Part shown: one piece after another, positions 29,254 to 38,224 of the stretch
Position numbering within the stretch: position 1 is the first letter of the stretch
Layout: each line of letters starts with the position of its first letter
DNA from: Synechococcales cyanobacterium VAR_4_metabat_354
GTDB taxonomy: Bacteria; Cyanobacteriota; Cyanobacteriia; Cyanobacteriales; Chamaesiphonaceae
Reading direction: 5' to 3'
NCBI GenBank assembly: GCA_031414775.1
Contig: JANOQI010000041.1
Span: 128,001-192,000, forward strand
DNA length: 64,000 nt
Translations under genes and position numbers: made by a program
The notes under the pieces: model-generated
Told to the model about the DNA's origin: nothing
Seen by the model: the letters and a program-made list of their open reading frames with translations, nothing else
The model's database searches: none

Positions 29254-30462
29254 CTAATATACTATCAGACCTGAATATATAGATACTAATTCTGTTCCCA
29301 GTCGATCGCGATTAAACCGTTCGGTCACAGTTTTTCTTGCCGCTTTGCCGATTGCCAATCGTTGCTCTGGCGAATTTATTAAATCTCGAATTGCTTCCGC
29401 TAGAGCCTGCGGATTTCCCGGCGCTACTCCGATCGCGTCTTGGCTGTGGGTAAATAGTTCTGCTGCGCCCCCGGCATTAGCCACAATTACCGCTTTTTCA
29501 CAGGCCATCGCTTCCACAATTGTGCGCCCAAAAGGTTCCGGTTTAGTACTAGCATGAACGACAATATCCAAAGAGTGATATATTGATTCAATATCAGTAC
29601 AGAAGTCGATAAACTCTATCCAGTTTTCAATATTTAAATCCTGAGTCAGCTTAATTAATTCCGAGCGGGAGTATTGCGATCGATCCGTCTCGTAGATAGC
29701 CCCGCCGACAATATAGAACTTAACTTTTGTGATTAATAGGGGCTGCTGCTGGGCAAGATCGGCAATAGCCTGTAAAAAGATTTCATGACCTTTCCAGCGG
29801 GCGTAAGTAGCAACCAATCCAACCCTGATGATGTTAGCATTACCGATTGATATTGTTGATTGCAAGTCAGAAAGGGGAGTGAACCTGGTAATGTCTACTA
29901 CATTGTAAATAACTTTGATCGGTAGGTTTGGAAAAACACTGTGCCAATCATCTTTTGTTGCTTCACTGTTAGCAATTGCTAGCCCAACTTTATTTTTTAC
30001 CAACGCTAGCAGTTTTTTCATTAATGATCGAGAGCTAATAAAATCCCGTAGCCGCCAAATGATCGGACAAGAAACATTCAGACTAGTTACCAATAGATGA
30101 GTTTTAAAGCCATTGGAATCAATCAGATCAGGATTAATTTTATTGATTGTTTGCTGCAAATTGCGCCAGTATTTAAAAAGCTCACTACTAGCTATCAATA
30201 ATTGCCATAAATTAGAAATAATATTTTGCAACTCAAAACTGCTATCACCTAATTTAGAGATTTGCGCTGGCAATGGCACCAGAAATACCTGGACACCTAA
30301 TGTTTCTAACTCACTGGCCAGATCACCATGGGCAGCAGTAATAATGATCGATAGTTCTGCCAATGGTAGCTGTTGGCGGAGTGCAAAAATATTATCAATT
30401 AAACTGCGCTCAGCGCCGCCGAGCTGACTGGATGGACTGAGGTAAAGAATTTTTATGCTCAT
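29254..30462 (-). CDS. Glycosyltransferase family 4
   Basis: GGAERS, WKG, EPFGRTIVEAM. Confidence 0.92.
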   Translation of the reverse strand: MSIKILYLSPSSQLGGAERSLIDNIFALRQQLPLAELSIIITAAHGDLASELETLGVQVFLVPLPAQISKLGDSSFELQNIISNLWQLLIASSELFKYWRNLQQTINKINPDLIDSNGFKTHLLVTSLNVSCPIIWRLRDFISSRSLMKKLLALVKNKVGLAIANSEATKDDWHSVFPNLPIKVIYNVVDITRFTPLSDLQSTISIGNANIIRVGLVATYARWKGHEIFLQAIADLAQQQPLLITKVKFYIVGGAIYETDRSQYSRSELIKLTQDLNIENWIEFIDFCTDIESIYHSLDIVVHASTKPEPFGRTIVEAMACEKAVIVANAGGAAELFTHSQDAIGVAPGNPQALAEAIRDLINSPEQRLAIGKAARKTVTERFNRDRLGTELVSIYSGLIVY

Positions 30463-30471
30463 AGTCTCTTT

Positions 30472-31608
30472 TTAAATTGCTGCTGCGAGGCGAAGATAGG
30501 CTGTCATCACCGATTTGGCATGTTGCTCCCAACTATAGTGATTGGCCTGGGCTAATCTCTGGGCTAAGAGTGGAGTCGCATCTGGTTTTAGTAGAGCCTG
30601 ATGCGTGCTATCTACCCACTGAGCAATATCACCTACTGGACAGTAAATAACAGCATCGCCACCGACCTCGCGCAGAGCCGGGATATCACTAGCAATCACG
30701 ATTGCACCACAGGCCAGAGCTTCGATCGCGGGCAGTCCAAATCCTTCCAATTCACTGGTAATCATCACTATCGCCGCTTGTTGGTATAAGGCTGCAACTG
30801 TTTGATTTGGTACTTTGGTGAGGTGGAAAATTTTCTCACCAATCTGGAGATCGGTAATTTGTTGTCGCTGCGATTGGCTCCATTCCCCGCCGACTTTGAC
30901 TAGTAATAATTCTGGTGATCGATCGCGCAATTGAGCGAAAACATTTAATAGTACGTCGATGCGCTTACGCGGAATACAGCTCCCCACGTGCATCAGATAA
31001 GGCTGTCCTTGTAGTTTTTTTTGTAGTTGTACTGTAATTGCATTGTCCAGTATCGGGCTGATCTGATATTCTGGTGATACTCCTAAGGGTGCCGACACTA
31101 ACCGGGCCGGATCGATCAGCTGGGATTGCTCGATTTGTTGGCGGACGGCATTGGTGGTATAAAACACAATTCCCGCTTTCTGCATTCCTTTCAAAATTTG
31201 TTTAGACAGCTCCCGATAAATCCGACTGCCGGTATATTGCTCTGGATCAATAATTGCTTGAAATGCATCGAGATCGTGACAAAAAACCCCGGTGCGATCG
31301 ATCGGTAAAGTGTGAGCGAGATGAGCATAAGAGTGATCAGCAATATGGAATAGATCGTAATCTTGATGGTTCGATCGCAAGTACCGGGGATATTCCCAAT
31401 ACCGATTGATCAATCGATCGGCATTAAAACTGTGCCTTTTCCCCATAAAAGAATGTAGATATTGAAATCGCCACTGGAACTGCGGGCGTATTTGGGTGGG
31501 ATGGATTTCCCGATTCATGTTTAATAATCCATCGCTCAACATTTGGGCACAAATATTCATGCTCATCCAGTTTTCTTCATAGTAGTCGCAAACAATTCCT
31601 AGTTTCAT
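30472..31608 (-). CDS. Glycosyltransferase family 4
   Basis: PRKR, EGFGLPAIEA. Confidence 0.9.
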   Translation of the reverse strand: MKLGIVCDYYEENWMSMNICAQMLSDGLLNMNREIHPTQIRPQFQWRFQYLHSFMGKRHSFNADRLINRYWEYPRYLRSNHQDYDLFHIADHSYAHLAHTLPIDRTGVFCHDLDAFQAIIDPEQYTGSRIYRELSKQILKGMQKAGIVFYTTNAVRQQIEQSQLIDPARLVSAPLGVSPEYQISPILDNAITVQLQKKLQGQPYLMHVGSCIPRKRIDVLLNVFAQLRDRSPELLLVKVGGEWSQSQRQQITDLQIGEKIFHLTKVPNQTVAALYQQAAIVMITSELEGFGLPAIEALACGAIVIASDIPALREVGGDAVIYCPVGDIAQWVDSTHQALLKPDATPLLAQRLAQANHYSWEQHAKSVMTAYLRLAAAI

Positions 31609-31681
31609 TAATCTAGTCTAAAAAAATATTGGGAAAGCTGTGCTTAAATTCCACCAGATTGGTGCTTAAAATCCCACTCGA

Positions 31682-32824
31682 TTAATTATTTAAAGTCAGG
31701 TTCAATATGTCTTTGGACATATCATCCCAAGTGTATCGGCGTAAAGAATCTGACAGGGTAATTGCTTGCGATCGATAGTACTTTTGGTGGCGTTGCCACT
31801 GCGTTAATCGATCGACTAAATCGGTCACGTTATCGGGATCGGGAAGTAGTAAATCTTGGAGTGTGACGGGGTAGCGTTCGGCGACACCAGCCGTAGCACT
31901 CGTAATTGCAGGCAAGCCACAACACAGAGCTTCATGGACTCCTAATCCATACGCTTCATAGCGAGTCGGTGCTACCAAGCAATCCGCCGCTCGTAAAATT
32001 TGGGGAACATCGCTACGAAAGCCCAAAAACTCGATCCGGTCAGCTAATCCCACCGCTTGAGTCCGTTGTTGCCATAACGGGAGTTCGTTACCCACTCCAA
32101 TTACCACTAATTGGGCATCCCACTGCGGATCTTGACAGAGTTGTTGCCATGCCGCAAATAAACTATCGAAACCCTTTCGTCGATCGCCCAAAGCACCGAT
32201 AAAAGTGATGATCGGACGGTCATGATTCCAACCATACTGAATTCTTAATTGTTGTCTTTCCTCATCTGCTGCGGGATAGAAAATATTAGGATCGATTCCA
32301 TAATAAATCCGCTGAATTTTCTTGGTCTCGATTTGCAGCAGATCGCTTAAGTGTGTTTGAGTAAGCGTCGAATTAGCAACCGCGATCCGGGCTTTTTTCA
32401 AAGCGATTTTCTCAGTTCTGAGCGCAATTTGATGATTTAGTTGTTTTTTAGCCTGCGCTGTCAGACTACTCCGATTGTCCGATCGATAGGCCGCATGAAC
32501 ATAATGAACCCAGTTGATATCTGCCCAAGGACAATTACCACCATTAACAATTACTTGCAAATTTTCTTGTTTACTCAATCGATCGGCCAGCGCTAAAGCC
32601 TTTGCCCCTAGCAGTGGAGCACCCAAAAAATGAGAATTCAAGGGTTTCGATACATAGTGCACCGATACATGGGGCATTGCTGCCAAAGCATCATCTACTT
32701 GATAGGCTACCAGATGAAGACTGTACCCCTGATGCGCAATATATTCGGCCAGTCCGTAGTTTGCCCGATCCATCCCCCCAGTTTTGACAAAATCTGATGC
32801 AACAATTAGAAATGAATTATCCAT
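31682..32824 (-). CDS. Glycosyltransferase family 4
   Basis: GGMDRAN, RRKG, EAYGLGVHEA. Confidence 0.9.
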   Translation of the reverse strand: MDNSFLIVASDFVKTGGMDRANYGLAEYIAHQGYSLHLVAYQVDDALAAMPHVSVHYVSKPLNSHFLGAPLLGAKALALADRLSKQENLQVIVNGGNCPWADINWVHYVHAAYRSDNRSSLTAQAKKQLNHQIALRTEKIALKKARIAVANSTLTQTHLSDLLQIETKKIQRIYYGIDPNIFYPAADEERQQLRIQYGWNHDRPIITFIGALGDRRKGFDSLFAAWQQLCQDPQWDAQLVVIGVGNELPLWQQRTQAVGLADRIEFLGFRSDVPQILRAADCLVAPTRYEAYGLGVHEALCCGLPAITSATAGVAERYPVTLQDLLLPDPDNVTDLVDRLTQWQRHQKYYRSQAITLSDSLRRYTWDDMSKDILNLTLNN

Positions 32825-32940
32825 AGAGAATATTTCGACACATAAGTTTTAGACTGGTTGGGAATTTACAACTTAACCATGCGTCGATTATCTTACAGAT
32901 ATTTATACCAAAATACTATACTACACGAATTACTTTTGAC

Positions 32941-32973
32941 ACAACAAAGGCACCCTTAGACGAAAGGATGCCT
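32941..32973 (-). terminator. Probable intrinsic terminator of psbK
   Basis: Minus-strand stem AGGCAUCCUU/AAGGGUGCCU followed by UUGUUGU, ~22 bp after the psbK stop. Confidence 0.7.
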
Positions 32974-32995
32974 CGGTATTGAATTCCAATAATTT

Positions 32996-33133
32996 TTAGC
33001 GAAAACCAACAGCTGCTTGCCAAACAAAAGCCAAGGCTAAGAAAAAGATTGGAATAATTGGCAGTACATCAACTAGCGGATCAAAAAAGGCGTAAGCTTC
33101 AGGCAACTTGGCCAAGAAAATTAATGATTCCAT
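32996..33133 (-). CDS. psbK: Photosystem II reaction centre protein K
   Basis: Manual translation [45 protein letters not shown] (45 aa; too short for the ORF track). Confidence 0.98.
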   Translation of the reverse strand: MESLIFLAKLPEAYAFFDPLVDVLPIIPIFFLALAFVWQAAVGFR

Positions 33134-33190
33134 ATTTATAATCCCCATTTATATAAAAGATGTACCGATTTTATCATGTTCCCGGCGGCT

Positions 33191-34282
33191 TTAGGGCTGG
33201 TCTTTACCTTGCCAAAGTTGCAACGGATTACGGAACTTGTCCGCAAACCACGACATATTTTTGTCTGATGACCGGTAAAACAGTAAACCAGTAAAGATGG
33301 CTGTTCCAGTCAGACAAATCACCAATGTTCGGCGCAGAAATTTAATTCCCGATTTGGACTTTTTCCGAATTTTGGGCTGAGTCGGGTTCTGGGATGATTC
33401 TTCATAAACTGCCAAAATTACCCGATCCTCTGGCCCTGTTGAATTATCGGGGATCACCACCTCGTCCGGCATCGCTGGTTGATGGCTGATTAGTTCTGGC
33501 TGACTAACTGGTGTTGGTGTATTAGATATCCAGCTATCGTGACTAGTCCCGTAGAAAATAGGACGTAAAATTACGCCGTCATCCGGTATCAAAGACCAGG
33601 GATGTTGCACTGGTCGCCAGTGATGTTCACTGAGTTCTGGCACCCGACTGCTCAGATGAGTGCGGAGGCTTTCGATCGATAGATCCGGATAAAAACGCAA
33701 AGCTTCAATGAGAGCTGCCGTAAAGACCCCATGTTTGAGATTTACCGCTTCATGGGAAAACTCATGGCTGTGACAAGAGAGAAAGGTCGGAATATTAAAT
33801 TCCTGGGATAGCTGAGCAGCTATTTCCCCAAAACCTTGACCAGAACCGCTGCCTTGACTGCGATTGACATCTAAAAATGTCATCACATCTAGACCCGGCG
33901 CACTAAACTGGCGATACAATTTGGCTAAAGAAATCCCCGTTTGTTCAGCAGTTTGAGGATCTCCATCGACAGGCATCAAATACTCCGTACCATTGACACT
34001 GATGCCGTAGCCGCTGAAGAAAAACCATAAGAAGTCACCAGGTTGGAGGATTTCCCAACACCAGTTGTTCAGACATTGTTCAATATTGTGGTGATTGGGA
34101 TAGGTGGAGTTGCCGTTAAAAGGAGTGGAGTTGTCGGTCATCAACAAACATTTGGCTGGCTCCCAAGCTTCTTCGCTCACAAAATAATCCACCATCGCCT
34201 GCGCGTCAGCGCCAGCAAAACTTAAGGGTTGGAAAAATTGATAACGATCAATTCCAATCGAGATACAAGCGTGCTGAACCAT
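33191..34282 (-). CDS. Caspase-like (C14/orthocaspase) protein with substituted catalytic dyad and C-terminal TM
   Basis: IGIDRY..L.FA..DA, FFFSGYG, FLDVNRS, HGVFTAAL; hydrophobic segment near the C terminus. Confidence 0.85.
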   Translation of the reverse strand: MVQHACISIGIDRYQFFQPLSFAGADAQAMVDYFVSEEAWEPAKCLLMTDNSTPFNGNSTYPNHHNIEQCLNNWCWEILQPGDFLWFFFSGYGISVNGTEYLMPVDGDPQTAEQTGISLAKLYRQFSAPGLDVMTFLDVNRSQGSGSGQGFGEIAAQLSQEFNIPTFLSCHSHEFSHEAVNLKHGVFTAALIEALRFYPDLSIESLRTHLSSRVPELSEHHWRPVQHPWSLIPDDGVILRPIFYGTSHDSWISNTPTPVSQPELISHQPAMPDEVVIPDNSTGPEDRVILAVYEESSQNPTQPKIRKKSKSGIKFLRRTLVICLTGTAIFTGLLFYRSSDKNMSWFADKFRNPLQLWQGKDQP

Positions 34283-34334
34283 TGAGGTAGAAGTTTTGCC
34301 ACAAAGACTTTCCTCGATTTTACACTCACCAACT

Positions 34335-34793
34335 TCACAAGTTTTCGATAGCTGCTAAATTTACGACATAATACTGACAGTCTGTAGTAATGGTCGCTGT
34401 AATTCCTGGCAAATCGTGAATTGGTAATATCGCAGAAGATTTAACGGTTTGAGTGGCCGGTGGCGAATCGATCGCTAAGACTACCACTTGGTCATGAGCT
34501 GCCCGTCCGAGCAACAGATGTTGATGCGAGTTTTCGACATTTGTCAGCGAAGTCTGTCCAAACAGCACCTGTCCGGCATCCCACACCGCCAGCTTATGAC
34601 CTTTATATTGAATGACTTGACGACTTGATGATTGAGCCGGATCAGTATTCTCGGTCATGATTATCACCTTAATGAGCTGATCGATCGATACAGCACAAAA
34701 CTGCGAACCGAGCTGAAAAGTAATAAATTGGTGAGTAGTTTCCGCAACTTGATCGGTGAGACGGCGCAGTCGCAAAGGCGAAAAAATAGCCAT
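34335..34793 (-). CDS. cheW: CheW-like domain protein, divergent from the taxis operon
   Basis: FITFQLG..CAVSIDQLIKVI, YKG..LAVWD, LAIDSP pattern. Confidence 0.7.
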   Translation of the reverse strand: MAIFSPLRLRRLTDQVAETTHQFITFQLGSQFCAVSIDQLIKVIIMTENTDPAQSSSRQVIQYKGHKLAVWDAGQVLFGQTSLTNVENSHQHLLLGRAAHDQVVVLAIDSPPATQTVKSSAILPIHDLPGITATITTDCQYYVVNLAAIENL

Positions 34794-35005
34794 ATTTAGT
34801 ATTGATTAATATTGATTTGGGCGGGGCTGCTTTCAAAATACCCGGAACGATCTCCAAATATCTCATTGCTGATTGTAATAAATTAACTAGCCCTGGGAAA
34901 CATAGGTATATCGATCCCACTTTGACCACCTCAAGGATACTGAGGAACGATGTTGCAGCTGTTTATGCAGCTACGCCCCCCTAGCTAATACATATTTAGT
35001 AAGCA

Positions 35006-36235
35006 ATGGATTCAGTAATTAGCAATGCCGACGCTTGTAAAGTTGGCGAACGATTAGCGCCGGTCAAAATCCTCGAAAAACTGGCTCAAAATAGCGCTAA
35101 CGGTTTTCTGATGGCTACCTATGCCGAAATAAACTGGTTTATCTATTTCGTAGATGGCAAAATCTTTTATGCGAACCACTCCTTAGAACCTTTTGAAAGA
35201 TTAGAGCTACATCTGCGCCGGATTGGTAAAATCCACAATCTAGAAATTGATCAGCAACTTTACCTCGATCTGCGCAACCATTTTGCGGAGGCTAAGTTAG
35301 AGAGCTTTTATCCGAGCTGTGACTACCAAGCTATTTGCTCACTGGCCAACAAAGATCGATTGAGCGAGCAGCATGCGATCGAACTAGTGCGTGCCATTAC
35401 CAAAGAGTCTCTCCGTACCTTTTTGCTCTTGAATGATACCAATAGCCGCTTTATTGCCAAAGACCAAGCTGAGAATGTGCTGTGGTCTACTAATTTTCTA
35501 TTACAATCTAAGGATTGCCAACAGGAGAATGAAGCCTGGAAAGCTCTTGGACCCGAAATCACTAGCTCTTATCAGCGGCCACACCTGATTAATGGCGGTG
35601 CTAGCTTAACGACCGATGTGCGCGATCGACTTAACAAAATCTTGGTAGGTTTCGATTTCCATCAGCTATCGCTGGTGATTAACCAAGATAGTTTAGAAAT
35701 CGCCAAAAGTTTACATAAGCTAATTCATTCTGGAGTAGTGGGCTTATGGGACCCCCGCGAACCGCTCAATAAGCTACCCAAAACCTATAACCTGTCGGCG
35801 ACCGAAACCAAATGTTTAAAAGCCAATCCACCACCCCAATCTCCGGCTGAATCCACCGCCTCTAGTAAGGTCTATAAAATAGTTTGTATCGATGATAGTC
35901 CTACTGTGCTGCGGGAAATGAACAGATTTTTGGATGGTGACGTTTTTCAAATCTTTCCGATCATCGATTCAGCCACCGCACTCATGAAAATCATGCGAAT
36001 TAATCCAGACGTGATTTTGATGGATGTCGGGATGCCCAATATTGATGGCTACAAGCTCTGTTCCATGCTGCGCCGCAATTCGATGTTCAAGAAAGTACCA
36101 ATCATCATGGTGACGGGCAATACCGGCTTAATCGATAGAGCTAAGGCTAAAATGTCTGGCGCTAATGACTATATGACGAAACCATTTACCCAAGCTGGCT
36201 TGATTGAAATTGTCTTTAAGCATCTGTTGGAGTGA
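35006..36235 (+). CDS. PatA-type response regulator (PATAN + REC; PixG/PilG-like)
   Basis: N-terminal W-IYFVDGKIFYA PATAN-like region; C-terminal REC with IDDS, MDVGMP, VTG, TKPF. Confidence 0.88.
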   Translation: MDSVISNADACKVGERLAPVKILEKLAQNSANGFLMATYAEINWFIYFVDGKIFYANHSLEPFERLELHLRRIGKIHNLEIDQQLYLDLRNHFAEAKLESFYPSCDYQAICSLANKDRLSEQHAIELVRAITKESLRTFLLLNDTNSRFIAKDQAENVLWSTNFLLQSKDCQQENEAWKALGPEITSSYQRPHLINGGASLTTDVRDRLNKILVGFDFHQLSLVINQDSLEIAKSLHKLIHSGVVGLWDPREPLNKLPKTYNLSATETKCLKANPPPQSPAESTASSKVYKIVCIDDSPTVLREMNRFLDGDVFQIFPIIDSATALMKIMRINPDVILMDVGMPNIDGYKLCSMLRRNSMFKKVPIIMVTGNTGLIDRAKAKMSGANDYMTKPFTQAGLIEIVFKHLLE

Positions 36236-36326
36236 TTGGAGCTTCCGCTAGCCTTTTGGGGAAAGCTAACTATTAAGTGTTATTAATCATCATCTCATCT
36301 ATATATCTCAGGAGCAATTTATCAAC

Positions 36327-36689
36327 ATGGTGAAAGTTTTAGTCGTCGAAGACACCCCTGCTCAAATGGAGCTAATCACTTTGTATCTCAAAAACAATGG
36401 CTACAGTGTTTTTACTGCCAACAATGCTAAAGATGGCTTGGTGATGATCGAGCAGGAAAACCCTGACGTAGTTGTTACTGATGTAGTAATGGAAGGAATG
36501 AATGGCTTTGAGATGTGCCGTGCCATCAAAAAAAACCCAGCCACCGAAAAAATTCCCGTGATTGCTTGTACTTCTCGGAATACTGACCTTGATCGGATGT
36601 GGGGCATGAAACAAGGGGTAGATGCCTATTTGGGCAAACCATTCACCAGCGAAGAGTTGATCCGGGCTGTTAAATCAGTAGTTAGATAA
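36327..36689 (+). CDS. cheY: CheY-like response regulator (PixH/PilH-like)
   Basis: VEDT, TDVVM, CTS, WGMKQG, KPF. Confidence 0.92.
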   Translation: MVKVLVVEDTPAQMELITLYLKNNGYSVFTANNAKDGLVMIEQENPDVVVTDVVMEGMNGFEMCRAIKKNPATEKIPVIACTSRNTDLDRMWGMKQGVDAYLGKPFTSEELIRAVKSVVR

Positions 36690-36691
36690 AT

Positions 36692-37192
36692 ATGAAAGTT
36701 TCAGATGTGTTGAAACTCAGTGCACCCACCCCTCAAAAACTAGGGAATGCTCACTTGCGGGTCAGATTAAATGCCGAAACTCCATTAGCGATCGCCATGG
36801 AAGCAGTACAAGCCGTAGTCACCATTCCGACTCAACGGATTACCCCTATGCCTAACATGCCTAAGCATGTTTTGGGACTGGTGAACCGGCGGAGTAAGGT
36901 TTTGTGGGTCATCGATTTACCCAGAATGTTGGGGCTAGCACCGCTGAATCTGCGACGACCAGAAGTAAATATAGTGTTTTTGGAAGTTGATCAGCAACAA
37001 TTGGCTTTTGCTGTGCCCCAAATTGAAGGGGTGATGCGCTTTATGCCAGAGGATGTCATCTCACCTTTGGGCAATTTTAATGCAGCATTGGTTCCCTACC
37101 TCCAAGGCTGGCTACCTTACAGTCGAGACATTCTGCTAGTGGTGAGTGCTCGATCACTAGTCACATCACCGTTGGCTCCTGCCGAGATTTAG
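36692..37192 (+). CDS. cheW: CheW adaptor (PixI/PilI-like)
   Basis: ITPMPNMP..LGLVNRRSKVLWVIDL. Confidence 0.92.
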   Translation: MKVSDVLKLSAPTPQKLGNAHLRVRLNAETPLAIAMEAVQAVVTIPTQRITPMPNMPKHVLGLVNRRSKVLWVIDLPRMLGLAPLNLRRPEVNIVFLEVDQQQLAFAVPQIEGVMRFMPEDVISPLGNFNAALVPYLQGWLPYSRDILLVVSARSLVTSPLAPAEI

Positions 37193-37253
37193 AGACTGTA
37201 AATCTTATTATGGTCGTTATCCTTCATCATGATCTATCTCTAAGACTATTACC

Positions 37254-38081
37254 ATGACAAATAACAATTATACTTTTGATCAGCAGTCGGCTCATGGTGT
37301 ATTAGTTAGCAACAACCGACCAGCCGAAATTTTGATCGCTCAGGTTAGTACTGGTGAGAACTTAGCTCCTTCCCGGCTTAACGACAATATGTCAGTATTG
37401 CTGGGGGCGATTGCTTTCATTGGACTAGCTGCTGCTATCACAACCTTTGGATTAAAGTGGAAAGCTAACAAGGATGCTGAAGCTATTGCTACTGCGGAGG
37501 CTGCTGCTATTGAAGCTGCGGCGGCAGCGGTGGTGGCTGCCGAACGAGCTAGACAAGAACACCGAGCTAAATTATTTAATCTAGTTGTTTTAGCCAAAAC
37601 AGAAGGACAGTTGACCGCTCCCCTCAATGAAATATTGGCTGAGATTCGCGCCACCATTCAGGCTGATCGAGTAGTTATTTACCGCTTCTTCCCCAACTGG
37701 GGCGGACATATTGTATCTGAATCAGTCGCTGATGGCTATGCGAGCGCCATGAAAGAGCGGATTGTCGATGCTTGTATTCCCCAAGGTAACCGCGATGAAT
37801 TTGTTCAAGGTCGCACCGTTGCTCATACAAACTTACTTAACTCTGGTTACCACGGCGACCATATGCGCCTCTTCCAACGTCTAGGTATTAGATCGAATCT
37901 AGTGGTGCCCATTGTTCATCATAATCAACTGCTGGGGTTGTTGGTAGCGCATCACTGCTTGAATTTTCATAATTGGACGGCTGAAGAAACTGACTGTCTG
38001 GTAGCTGCTGCTGCCGAAATTTCTGCACCGATGAATAGTTTTGCCACTCTGGAGAGGAACCAGTACTCAATGGCTACCTGA
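37254..38081 (+). CDS. Single-TM protein with one cyanobacteriochrome-type GAF domain (DACIP), no output domain
   Basis: TM (VLLGAIAFIGLAAAITTFGL), Ala-rich helix, GAF ADRVVIYRF..ESV..DACIP..GR..SNLVVPI..GLLVAHHC..W. Confidence 0.85.
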   Translation: MTNNNYTFDQQSAHGVLVSNNRPAEILIAQVSTGENLAPSRLNDNMSVLLGAIAFIGLAAAITTFGLKWKANKDAEAIATAEAAAIEAAAAAVVAAERARQEHRAKLFNLVVLAKTEGQLTAPLNEILAEIRATIQADRVVIYRFFPNWGGHIVSESVADGYASAMKERIVDACIPQGNRDEFVQGRTVAHTNLLNSGYHGDHMRLFQRLGIRSNLVVPIVHHNQLLGLLVAHHCLNFHNWTAEETDCLVAAAAEISAPMNSFATLERNQYSMAT

Positions 38082-38109
38082 ATAATTAATGGAATTTATT
38101 CAGGTGGCC
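38072..38109 (+). other. Stem-loop at the end of the GAF gene, upstream of the MCP
   Basis: GGCTACCTGAATAA ... TTATTCAGGTGGCC, a 14-bp stem with one G-U pair. Confidence 0.6.
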
Positions 38110-38224
38110 TGTTGCTGCCTGCTATCAAGCTTTTATATCACCGAAATTTAACAAGCATCTTTTCTACAATCATTAACCACGACAATCTATCTACTATTTC
38201 ACCACGAGGATTCTTTAAACTGCC

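Noticed and set aside
37480..37545. GCT/GCG-rich repeat-like stretch
   Set aside because: Explained by the Ala-rich helix coding; not a repeat array.
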